This document shows, in pieces, positions 48,055 through 56,771 of a stretch of 64,000 nt of DNA. The stretch is from an uncultured bacterium (GTDB taxonomy: Bacteria; Krumholzibacteriota; Krumholzibacteriia; LZORAL124-64-63): contig CAVSGO010000005.1 of the NCBI GenBank assembly GCA_963727525.1, positions 224,001-288,000 of the forward strand, in the 5' to 3' direction. How positions within the stretch are numbered: the stretch's first letter is position 1; each line of letters starts with the position of its first letter. The notes under the pieces were generated by a model. The model saw only the letters and a list, made by a program, of their open reading frames with translations, searched no databases and had not been told where the DNA came from. The position numbers were made by a program, and so were the translations under genes.

Positions 48055-50541
48055 ATGAATCACCGCGAACGCCTGTTCTGCCTCGTCCTGGCGGTCGCGC
48101 TCGCCGCGAGCGCGTCGGCCGCATCGTTCGACACGCTGACCGGCGAGCCCATCCCGGCCCCGTCGCGCGACGTCCCCGCCGTCATGCCGCCCCCGTTGCC
48201 CGCGGACGGGCTGCGCGACGGCCTCACCCTCATTGCCCACCTCGCCGAGGGCACGAGCAAGGAGGTGCGGGCGCTCGGCGGCAACTTCATCGTGTGGCAG
48301 AACGGGGCCTGGCTCGAGTTCTTCGACGTCAGCACGCCGGCTAGCCCCGTCCGCGTGGCGCGCTGGCTGCTGGCGGCGCAGCCGTCGGACATGACCGTCG
48401 TCGGCACCACGCTGTACGTGGCCCTGCGCAAGACCGAAGGTCTGCTGGCGCTCGACGTGAGCGACCCCACCGCCCCGACCCTGCTCGACCAGCTCACGGG
48501 GTACGACATGCTCTCGGTCTGTGTGGAAGGCACGTACGCGTATTGCGGCCTCGGGTCGACAGGAGTCGTCATCGTGGACGTGAGCGACGCCCACGCCATG
48601 TCGGCGCTCACGACCTTCGACACGCCCGGTTCCGCCAACGGCACCGCCATCGCCGGCAACACCCTCTACGTGGCGCAGGGCACGAGCGGTCTGGGTATCT
48701 ACGACGTGACGTTCCCGGCGGCGCCCGCGGCGCTGGGCTCCTACGCCACGGGAAGCTTCAATACCTTCGTGGCCGTGCAGAACGACGTGGCCTATCTCGC
48801 CGGCAACTTCGGACTCATCACCGTGAACGTGGCCATCCCCACCGTACCGACGCTGCTCGCGACCCTCGGCGTGGGCGACACCACGTACGAGATGGATTTG
48901 CACGGCGACGAGCTGTACCTCGCCGGCCTGAGCGGCGCCGTGCGCGTGGACATCAGCGATCCGGCGGCACCCGCGATCCTCGCGCAGTCGGCGGTGGCCG
49001 GCGGCCTTTCCGTGGCGGTGGTCGGCGACGCCGCGTTCCTCGCGGATCGCTTCATCGGCCTGCGCGCCTACGCTGCGCTGACGCTGGCACCGATCGGCGT
49101 GACGCGCAACGCTGGCTTCTCGAACCGCGTGCACCTCGTGGGGCCCTACCTGTACGTGGTAGATCTCGGCGGCGGCCTGCGCATCTGGGATATCACCGAT
49201 CCTGCCAACGCCACCATGCTGTCGGCCACGGACCTGCCTGCCAACAGCCAGGACGTGTTCGTGGACGGTGCGGTGGCCTATGTAGTGAACGCGAACAACA
49301 GCGGCGAGGGCCTGAAGGTTCTCGACGTGAGCGACCCCGCGGCGCCGACGTTGCTCGCCTCCTACAACACCCAGAACCAGGGCTATGGGCTCGACGTGCA
49401 GAACGACCGCGTCTACATCGCCAATGGTTTCGGCGGCCTCGACGTGGTCGACGTGTCCAACCCGACGGCACCCGCCGACCTGGGCGGCTTCGCCTTCGGC
49501 GCCAACGCGTTCGACACCAAGGTCGACGGTTCGGTGGCCTATATGGCACTTTTCGGTGGCGGTATGGCCAGCGTCGACGTGAGCGATCCCGGTTCCATCT
49601 CGCTGCTCGACCAGCAGATCGGCTGGGGCTTCCTCAACGCCCTCGACATCGCCGCGGGTTACGCGTGGGTGGCCGACGGCCAGTACGGCCTGCGCGTCGT
49701 CGACATCAGCGATCCGTCCAATCTGGTCACCCTGGGTACGGCCGGCATCTCCGGCCAGGCGCGTGACGTGGTGTGGAACGGCTACGTCTACGCCGGTGAC
49801 GATTTCTACGGCCTGCGCCAGTTCGACGTCACCGATCCCACGGCCCCCGTTCTGGCCGGCAGCTTCCCCAGTGCCGACCGCGGCATGGGCGTGGACGCGG
49901 CTGACGAGATCGTGGTGCTCGCCGCCGGCGAGGCCGGCGTGTACCTATTCCAGGGCCCGCCTCCCGTGGCCGCCGCCACCGGCATGCTCACGGCGCTGGT
50001 GAACCAGCAGGCGGTGTCGCTCACCATCAGCGGCAACACCGCCGCCGCTGGCGACCTCGTGGTCACACGCACGACGGACGACGCCACCGCGGCCCGCACC
50101 TGGACCGCCGCCGAGTTCGACGGCCTGCAGGTCGCCGGCAGCAGCGTGAGCGCCCACCTCGTCGACCACGATGCGGTCGGTTTCCCACGTACCTACACCC
50201 TGGCCCTGCACACCGCCGGTGGCGACATCGCGCTCGCCGAGACGCGCGTCACGGGCGGGCTGCCAACGGCGCTGCAGCTCACGGCCGCGCCCAACCCGTT
50301 CAATCCGCAGCTCACCGTCGCCTTCGCGCTACCGGCGCCGTCGCCGGTGACCGTGGCGATCTACGACGCCGCGGGCCGCCTGGTGCGCACCTTCGACCTC
50401 GGCCAGCGCCCGGCCGGCCCGGGTCAGGTTGTCTGGAACGGCCGCGACACGTCTGGACAGGCCTGCGCGAGCGGCGTCTATGCGCTGCGGCTCACGGCAG
50501 GCGACCGTGTCACGAGCCAGACGGTAACCCTGGTGAAGTGA
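48055..50541 (+). CDS. LVIVD-repeat secreted protein with FlgD-Ig C-terminal domain
   Basis: Many GLxVxD[VI]S[DN]PxxP repeats; AAPNPFNP...VTLVK. Confidence 0.88.
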   Translation: MNHRERLFCLVLAVALAASASAASFDTLTGEPIPAPSRDVPAVMPPPLPADGLRDGLTLIAHLAEGTSKEVRALGGNFIVWQNGAWLEFFDVSTPASPVRVARWLLAAQPSDMTVVGTTLYVALRKTEGLLALDVSDPTAPTLLDQLTGYDMLSVCVEGTYAYCGLGSTGVVIVDVSDAHAMSALTTFDTPGSANGTAIAGNTLYVAQGTSGLGIYDVTFPAAPAALGSYATGSFNTFVAVQNDVAYLAGNFGLITVNVAIPTVPTLLATLGVGDTTYEMDLHGDELYLAGLSGAVRVDISDPAAPAILAQSAVAGGLSVAVVGDAAFLADRFIGLRAYAALTLAPIGVTRNAGFSNRVHLVGPYLYVVDLGGGLRIWDITDPANATMLSATDLPANSQDVFVDGAVAYVVNANNSGEGLKVLDVSDPAAPTLLASYNTQNQGYGLDVQNDRVYIANGFGGLDVVDVSNPTAPADLGGFAFGANAFDTKVDGSVAYMALFGGGMASVDVSDPGSISLLDQQIGWGFLNALDIAAGYAWVADGQYGLRVVDISDPSNLVTLGTAGISGQARDVVWNGYVYAGDDFYGLRQFDVTDPTAPVLAGSFPSADRGMGVDAADEIVVLAAGEAGVYLFQGPPPVAAATGMLTALVNQQAVSLTISGNTAAAGDLVVTRTTDDATAARTWTAAEFDGLQVAGSSVSAHLVDHDAVGFPRTYTLALHTAGGDIALAETRVTGGLPTALQLTAAPNPFNPQLTVAFALPAPSPVTVAIYDAAGRLVRTFDLGQRPAGPGQVVWNGRDTSGQACASGVYALRLTAGDRVTSQTVTLVK

Positions 50542-50552
50542 TTCCCCCTGAC

Positions 50553-50596
50553 AAACGGCGAGGCTCGCACCACTGCGGTGCGAGCCTCGCCCGTTT
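50553..50596. terminator. Bidirectional terminator
   Basis: GGCGAGGCTCGCACC / GGTGCGAGCCTCGCC stem with AAAC and GTTT flanks. Confidence 0.8.
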
Positions 50597-50614
50597 CCGG
50601 CAACATGACAGCAA

Positions 50615-51229
50615 CTACTGGAAGAGAGCCTTCACCTGGCTCCAGCTCGTCGCCTCATCCGCGACGGTGCCCTGGTCGATCACGGCGTTGTCGACATACA
50701 TCGACGACAGGCTGCTCGGATCGGCGCCCGTGACGGCGGAGAGTTGCATCGTGAGGATGTCGGTGCCGCTGGGAGCCGTGAACGTCCCGGTGATCGTCGT
50801 CCAGTCGGCCGGGGAATACGGCCCGAGGACCGGGGTCTGTCCGATGACGCCCACGCCGCCCTGCTCGGCGAAGATCTGGACGAAGAACACGCCGCCGACG
50901 GCCACCTGGCCGACCTTCAGATCGACCGCGAAGTCGACGGGACCCGGTACGGCGTTGCCGATATCCGTCAACTGCTTCAGCGTCAGGTTGAGGGCCTGGC
51001 CATGGTTGTCCATGAACGCGCAATGGGTGCCAGGCGCGCCGATACCGTTGTCGCCGGCCAGGACGGAGATACTCGCATCCGGTCCTGCGCCATAGACGAG
51101 CCAGCCGGTGAGGTCTCCCATCTCGAATCCCGGGTTCACGAGCAGGTTGTCGGCGGCGGCAGCGCCGACAAACGCGACGGTCAGCGCGAGCAGAGCCGCG
51201 CCACGGATCACGATCTTCACGATAGACAT
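50615..51229 (-). CDS. Secreted CBM4/9-like protein with SWSQVKALFQ tail
   Basis: Signal peptide, NLLVNPGFE.G..GW, WTTITGTFTAP, YVDN. Confidence 0.8.
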   Translation of the reverse strand: MSIVKIVIRGAALLALTVAFVGAAAADNLLVNPGFEMGDLTGWLVYGAGPDASISVLAGDNGIGAPGTHCAFMDNHGQALNLTLKQLTDIGNAVPGPVDFAVDLKVGQVAVGGVFFVQIFAEQGGVGVIGQTPVLGPYSPADWTTITGTFTAPSGTDILTMQLSAVTGADPSSLSSMYVDNAVIDQGTVADEATSWSQVKALFQ

Positions 51230-51282
51230 GGTCGAATCTCCTTTGTTGGATAGTGACTCCTGGGTTCGCCCGGGGATCATAC

Positions 51283-51307
51283 ACTATGTTCGGTTACCGA
51301 ACATAGT
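51283..51307. promoter_or_regulatory. Perfect palindromic operator (IclR/ROK-like)
   Basis: ACTATGTTCGGT-T-ACCGAACATAGT, 12-bp arms, in the AT-rich divergent promoter region. Confidence 0.75.
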
Positions 51308-51468
51308 AAAAAAAGATGGAAATATCGGCCTTGAATTGGCAAACAACTGGCGAAAAAGATCGCCATGATATTCTCTATTGTGCGGGCTCCGTACAAAGTA
51401 TATGATCGCGAGGTCCTCGCGGCGGTCGCGACGACGATCGACCCCTCACCCCTCCCGGAGAGACCCTC

Positions 51469-53259
51469 ATGAAGACCCCGTCCCTCGCCTTCGCGCTCGT
51501 CCTCCTGGCGACCGGCGCCGCCCATGCCCAGATCGGTCCCCTGCTCTGGCAGGACAACTGCGACGACCTCGCGAACTGGATCGTCCTGACGGGCAACGGC
51601 GCCTGGGGCTGGGGCAACGGGGAGCTGGAGTACTACTCCGAGAACAACGTCAGCATCGCCGACGTCGCCGGCGAGCCGGGCAACCACGCCTTGCGCCTGA
51701 CGGCGCGCGAGGAGAGCGGCCCGGAAATCGTCGACCAGTGGGGCAACCCGCTGCACTACACGTCGGGCCGCGTGATGTCGCGCTCGTTCGTCACGGTGCA
51801 ATACGGCATGATCGAGGCGCGCGTGCGTGTGCCGGACCTCGACCTGGGTGGCTGGCCGGCCATCTGGCTGCTCGGCAACGCCAACTTCGCCTGGCCGCGC
51901 AGCGGCGAGATCGACCTGCTCGAGATGGGCAGCCACCAGAGCTTCCGCGACCTGCACGACGAGCACAACGGCGGCGACGGTCTCGACCACGCCACCGTGA
52001 ACCAGGCGGTGAGTGCCAACGCGCTGTTCTACACCGACACCGCCGTGTCGCCCGACAATCCCTCCGGCGCGGCGAGTCTGGCCTGGGACCCCGAAGACCT
52101 GTACTGCCGCCCCTACTACGACATGACCGCGGGCCTCACCGACCGCTTCCTCACTTACCGCCTCTACTGGGACGTCGACAGCCTGCGCATGACGGTGATC
52201 GACGGCGGCGAGGAGCGCGAACTGTTCACGTCGCCCTTCACGATCGACGACGAGTCGGACGAGTTCCGCCACCCCTTCTATCTTCTCGCCAACCTGGCCA
52301 TTGGCGGCTCCTTCACCGACGCCTATAACCTCGGCGATCCCGGCAGCGGACTGCCCGTGTCCATGCCCTTCCCGGCCACGATGGACATCGACTACATCCG
52401 CGTCTTCGAGTGGAACGGCCAGGGCGACGTGCACCTGGGCCCGCCGCCGTTCGCGCAGGGCAGCTTCGGCGTCTTCACGGACACCACGCCGGTCGACGAC
52501 GCCTTCGTGCCCGGCGAGAATGCCGAGATCTACGTGTGGGAAGGCACCCTCACCGACGGCAACATCCCGCCCCACGAGGGCGACCACGTGCTATCGTGGC
52601 AGACCACCGGCCTGGGCTGGTTTGGCGCCGGCATCATGGCACACCAGCCGCTCAACCTCTTCGACTTCGGCGACGGCAACCTCGAGTTCTGGATCAAGAT
52701 CCCCGCCAACGTCACCTTCAAAATCGGCGTCATCGACTCGTGGGGTAATCAGCACTACGTGGAGTTCCCCGCGTTCCAGACCACGTACGGCCTCGTGCGC
52801 AACGGCGAGTGGGGCCAGGCGGCCATCCCGGTGAATGATCTGCGCGGCGTTGCGATCGACCTGCGCATGCTCAGCTACGCCTTCGTCATCCTCGAGGAGC
52901 ATGGTACGGCCTGCACGTTCGCCATCGACGACATCGTGTGGACCGGCGGCGGCACCACGGCCACACCCGACGCAGGCACGGCGCCGGCCGTGACCCTGCT
53001 GCCCAGTGCGCCGAACCCGTTCAACGCCATGACAGAGATCCGCTTCGAAATGCCTCTGCCCGGCCCTTACGCCATCGACGTGTACGACATCGCGGGTCGG
53101 CGCGTGCGCCGCTTCTCGGGCATCGGCGAAGCGGGCCGCAACACCCTCCTGTGGGACGGCCGGGACGATGCGGGCGCCACCGCAGCCTCCGGCGTCTACA
53201 CGTATCGCGTGCAGGCCGGCGGCGCCGCCGTCAGCGGGACCATGATGATGGTGAAGTAG
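51469..53259 (+). CDS. GH16 beta-1,3-glucanase with CBM-like domain and FlgD-Ig C-terminal domain
   Basis: GWGNGELEYY, YTSGR, WPAIWLL, WPRSGEIDLLE (ExDxxE), NLAIGG, DYIRV; PNPFN. Confidence 0.92.
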   Translation: MKTPSLAFALVLLATGAAHAQIGPLLWQDNCDDLANWIVLTGNGAWGWGNGELEYYSENNVSIADVAGEPGNHALRLTAREESGPEIVDQWGNPLHYTSGRVMSRSFVTVQYGMIEARVRVPDLDLGGWPAIWLLGNANFAWPRSGEIDLLEMGSHQSFRDLHDEHNGGDGLDHATVNQAVSANALFYTDTAVSPDNPSGAASLAWDPEDLYCRPYYDMTAGLTDRFLTYRLYWDVDSLRMTVIDGGEERELFTSPFTIDDESDEFRHPFYLLANLAIGGSFTDAYNLGDPGSGLPVSMPFPATMDIDYIRVFEWNGQGDVHLGPPPFAQGSFGVFTDTTPVDDAFVPGENAEIYVWEGTLTDGNIPPHEGDHVLSWQTTGLGWFGAGIMAHQPLNLFDFGDGNLEFWIKIPANVTFKIGVIDSWGNQHYVEFPAFQTTYGLVRNGEWGQAAIPVNDLRGVAIDLRMLSYAFVILEEHGTACTFAIDDIVWTGGGTTATPDAGTAPAVTLLPSAPNPFNAMTEIRFEMPLPGPYAIDVYDIAGRRVRRFSGIGEAGRNTLLWDGRDDAGATAASGVYTYRVQAGGAAVSGTMMMVK

Positions 53260-53485
53260 GCCATCGCGTTGGCACGCGGGCGAGGCCACGCTTCCCGAAC
53301 GGAGACGAAGCTCGCAACACGATGGTGCGAGTTCCACCCATGACCGGTCTTGACCCGGGCTCCGAATCCGACGATCACGTATATATGATAATATTTCTCG
53401 TATTTTTTGACCCCGGACCTGCGGCCCTGTGATACCATGGCGGTGCTGCCGGAAACCACCGTCAGCGTCGCCCTGGAGGATACCT

Positions 53486-53887
53486 ATGCGCAAATTCATG
53501 CATGCCCTTGGTATCGCCACGCTGGTTCTCGCCCTGGCGGGCGTGGCGGTCGCGGATACGTTCAACGTGAGCATCGGCGATAGCTTCTACTCACCGGCCG
53601 ACCTCGCCATCCACGTCGGGGACATGGTCGTGTGGACGAACAACGGATTGCACCAGCACACTGTCGATCAGAGCATGACCGATATGTCGTGCGATGTCTT
53701 CCCCGGTGGGTTCTCCTCGGGGACCCTCAACCCCGGGGATTCCTACAACTGGACCGCCACGAGCGCGAGCGACATCTACTACCACTGTATGTTCCACTGC
53801 CCGTCGATGGCGGCGCGGCTCACCGTCGAGGATGGTGTCGCCGCCGAGCCGTCGTCCTGGAGCACCATCAAGTCGCTCTACCGCTGA
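53486..53887 (+). CDS. Plastocyanin-like cupredoxin with SWSTIKSLYR tail
   Basis: Signal peptide, GD.V.W.N..HT, YHCMFHCPSM (type-1 Cu His/Cys/His/Met). Confidence 0.85.
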   Translation: MRKFMHALGIATLVLALAGVAVADTFNVSIGDSFYSPADLAIHVGDMVVWTNNGLHQHTVDQSMTDMSCDVFPGGFSSGTLNPGDSYNWTATSASDIYYHCMFHCPSMAARLTVEDGVAAEPSSWSTIKSLYR

Positions 53888-53907
53888 GCGCATTCTCCGG
53901 AAACGCT

Positions 53908-53937
53908 GCGGCCCCGGCGTCCAAACGCCGGGGCCGC
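53908..53937. terminator. Bidirectional terminator
   Basis: GCGGCCCCGGCGT / ACGCCGGGGCCGC stem. Confidence 0.8.
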
Positions 53938-53964
53938 TTCTCCTTGATACTGTTCGGACATTGA

Positions 53965-55467
53965 TCAGTGCTTCGACGGTGAGGCCTCTTCCGCCGAACC
54001 GTAGCGCACGTCGCCGCCCGGGCCGTAGAGATCGGTCAGACGGATATCGATCCGCCGGTTCTTGGCGCGGCCCTCCGTCGTGTCGTTGCTGGCCAGAGGC
54101 ACCGACTCGCCGTAGCCCATGGCGTCGATGCGCGTGGAGTCGGCCGGCATATTGGCCACGACGTAGCTGCGTACCGCATCGGCCCGTTCCACGCTGAGGC
54201 GCTGGTTCAGGTCGTCGTCCCCCGCGGCGTCGGTATGGCCCTCGATGGTGATCTCCGCTTCGGGGAAGATACGCAAGGCGCTCTGGATCTTCGTCAGCAG
54301 CAGGAAGTTCTGCGGCTCGATCTCGGCCGATCCCACCGGGAACGACAGACCATAGAGCCGGCAGATCAGCTCGTCGCCCTGCTGAATCACGGTCGCCTGA
54401 TCCGAGCTGAACAGGTTGCGAAGTTCACGGATATCCGCATCGCGCTTGCGCGCCACGCGCAGACCGGCCGCCGTCGATTCCTCACGTTCCTGCACCAGCG
54501 CCAGCGCCTGGTCGAGCGAATCCGCCCGCGAATTCGTGGTCAGCAACTTGTCGCGCAGGTTGTTGCGGTCGGCCTCAAGACTCGCCACGCCCGCCTTGAT
54601 GGCGGCGCCCGCATCGGAGATGCCGTTGGCGAAGCTCACCGGAACGTTGACGACCTCGGCCACCTCGGCCAGAGCCGCCTCGTGAGCGAGCTGGAGATCC
54701 TCGAACGCCTTGCGGTCGTCGGCGCCCACGGCGTCCGACGTCCTCGCGATATAGGTCGCGTGCTGGAAGCCCTCCGTCGCGGCCCGCGCCTGCTCACGCG
54801 CCTTCGCGCGCTGATAGCGGTCGCCCTCCAGGGTCTTTTCCGCGGCCTGGAGGTCGGCCACGCCCTGATTGAAGGTGCGCGAGGCTTTCTCGTCGGCTTG
54901 AGCATCCTCGGCCGTCTTACGTGCATCGCGCGCCGAGCCCAGCAGGTCGACCCGGATGGCCTTCAGCTCCGCGTCGCGGAACTGCTGCTCGGCCTTGGTC
55001 GCCTCGCGCCGCGCGTCGTTGTTGTGGCCACCCTCGACGTCGCGACCCGCCTCGTACATGGTCTCCTTGGCCTCCTTCCAGGCCTCGGGCGCGTGGTCCG
55101 GCGCCCCCGCCGTCAACGCATCCGAACGGGCCGTGATGGCACTCGTCAGCACCACCTTGCCGATCTCGGCGTATTGACGCGCGGCCTCGAGCTGCTTGTC
55201 GGCCTTGGCGAGATCGGCGTTGATGTCCTCGATCTTGCCGCCCTTGTGAAAGCGCTCCCGCGCCTTGTCGAGTTGCTTCGCGGCCTCGTCGTAGGTCTTG
55301 GGGGCATACAGTTGCCAGTTGTCGGCCTTCGCTTGCTGGAATCTCGCCTCGGTATCGCTGAGGCGGTTCTCGATGGTCGGGTCCTGAGCGAATGCGACCG
55401 AGGCCAGCGCGCCGGACACGACGATGGCCGCGGTCGTGAATCTGAGCCACGTACGAATGGGTTTCAT
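53965..55467 (-). CDS. OmpA-C domain protein with helical (DUF4398-like) N-terminal repeats
   Basis: Signal peptide, YAPxxY/W repeats, IEGHTD, LS..RA.AV, NRRIDI. Confidence 0.88.
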   Translation of the reverse strand: MKPIRTWLRFTTAAIVVSGALASVAFAQDPTIENRLSDTEARFQQAKADNWQLYAPKTYDEAAKQLDKARERFHKGGKIEDINADLAKADKQLEAARQYAEIGKVVLTSAITARSDALTAGAPDHAPEAWKEAKETMYEAGRDVEGGHNNDARREATKAEQQFRDAELKAIRVDLLGSARDARKTAEDAQADEKASRTFNQGVADLQAAEKTLEGDRYQRAKAREQARAATEGFQHATYIARTSDAVGADDRKAFEDLQLAHEAALAEVAEVVNVPVSFANGISDAGAAIKAGVASLEADRNNLRDKLLTTNSRADSLDQALALVQEREESTAAGLRVARKRDADIRELRNLFSSDQATVIQQGDELICRLYGLSFPVGSAEIEPQNFLLLTKIQSALRIFPEAEITIEGHTDAAGDDDLNQRLSVERADAVRSYVVANMPADSTRIDAMGYGESVPLASNDTTEGRAKNRRIDIRLTDLYGPGGDVRYGSAEEASPSKH

Positions 55468-55696
55468 GTGACGCATCTCCTTGACGATGGTGACTGGGAT
55501 CAAATTCGAGATCGCGAAACGCATCGCTATCGCGTGCCGTTGCGCCTGCGTCCTGGTGTGGCAACAACGTAGTTGAACTCCGGGTTTTACACTACTGCCG
55601 CCCGTACGGACGCCCGCATCGCCGGGTCACAAGGAACACCGCGGCCCCCTGGATCCGGGAGACCGCGGTGTTTCTCTCGCCGTTCGCAATACTGAT

Positions 55697-56299
55697 CTAG
55701 AACATCCAGTTCATCCTCAGTCCTAGGCTCGACTCGCAGAAGCTGACATCCTGGAGATCGCCGAAATCCTGCGACATGCTGCTTCGCGTCTCGACCCCCA
55801 ACCCCAGAGAGAAAGCCTTGCTCATCATCCACTCGTAGCCGAGACCGAAGGCCGCCACACCGGCGCCCTTCTCGATCGCCTCCTCGCGCGTGGTATCCAC
55901 ATCGTCGGGCAACTCCGTGCTCAGACCGGCGGCACCGAGGCCCGCGCGCAGGTAAAAGCCGCCACCTGTGGGATATAGCGTCGCGACGAGTGCCGCCGAA
56001 CCGATACCGTAGTCGCGATCGTGGTCATCGCGGCCCGTGCCACGAGCGTCGAGCGCCAGCGTGAACCGTGGCGAGAATGCATATCCGAAACGCAGCCCGA
56101 GGCTGGCCGACGGCACATCGCCGCTTTCCCACTTGTGGCCGTTCTTCGTGTACTCGATCCGCATCTCCCCGGTCCCGAAGTCGAGGCCCCCGAAGAAACC
56201 ATGGCGGTTCTCCCTCACCTGTCCTGCCTGGGCGGCGACGGTGGTGGCGAGGCTGGCGATCAGAACGAGGGTCGAGAGCAACTTCTGGCGGCGCATCAT
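55697..56299 (-). CDS. Outer-membrane beta-barrel protein
   Basis: Signal peptide, LRFGYAF, YLRAGLG, GLGYEW, C-terminal WMF. Confidence 0.78.
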   Translation of the reverse strand: MMRRQKLLSTLVLIASLATTVAAQAGQVRENRHGFFGGLDFGTGEMRIEYTKNGHKWESGDVPSASLGLRFGYAFSPRFTLALDARGTGRDDHDRDYGIGSAALVATLYPTGGGFYLRAGLGAAGLSTELPDDVDTTREEAIEKGAGVAAFGLGYEWMMSKAFSLGLGVETRSSMSQDFGDLQDVSFCESSLGLRMNWMF

Positions 56300-56560
56300 G
56301 ACTTGGCTCCTTGCTTCCGGTGAAGGGGCACCCTCTGTGGTCGCCCCGTTGTCGTCTCGTGGGCGCCTATCGCAGGCGGCGTACCACCGGAAACCCCTTG
56401 CACCGTCGAGTTGCGTAATATATTGTATTATAACATGTTACAATGATATGCCTGGCGTCATATGGGGACCGCTACCCGCACGCCACACTGTGCCGATCCG
56501 TCACACTGTGCCTTTCCGCGTGACGCGCGGTGCCCTCCCCCACGGCTTCCGCCGAACGCG

Positions 56561-56755
56561 TCAGTCGTCCTCGGTGCGCACGTCGACGCTCACGACCTCG
56601 CCGGCCGACACCCGGGCCGTGACGACGATCGGTCGGCAACACACGCTGCAGTCCTCGATGTACTCCTGATGCGCTACCGACGGATCCACGAGCACGTCGA
56701 TCGCCTCCCCACAGTAAGGACAGAGGATGGTGGTAGGGTGCAGACCGTCCGTCAT
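56561..56755 (-). CDS. CPXCG-motif cysteine-rich protein
   Basis: CPYCGE...YIEDCSVCCRP. Confidence 0.88.
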   Translation of the reverse strand: MTDGLHPTTILCPYCGEAIDVLVDPSVAHQEYIEDCSVCCRPIVVTARVSAGEVVSVDVRTEDD

Positions 56756-56771
56756 CGTGGCTGGCCTGTCG

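Noticed and set aside
56414-56445. dif (XerCD) site
   Set aside because: Only partial resemblance to the XerD arm and no XerC arm.
56484-56512. Direct repeat CACACTGTGCC x2 at 18-bp spacing
   Set aside because: Only two short copies with no supporting context.
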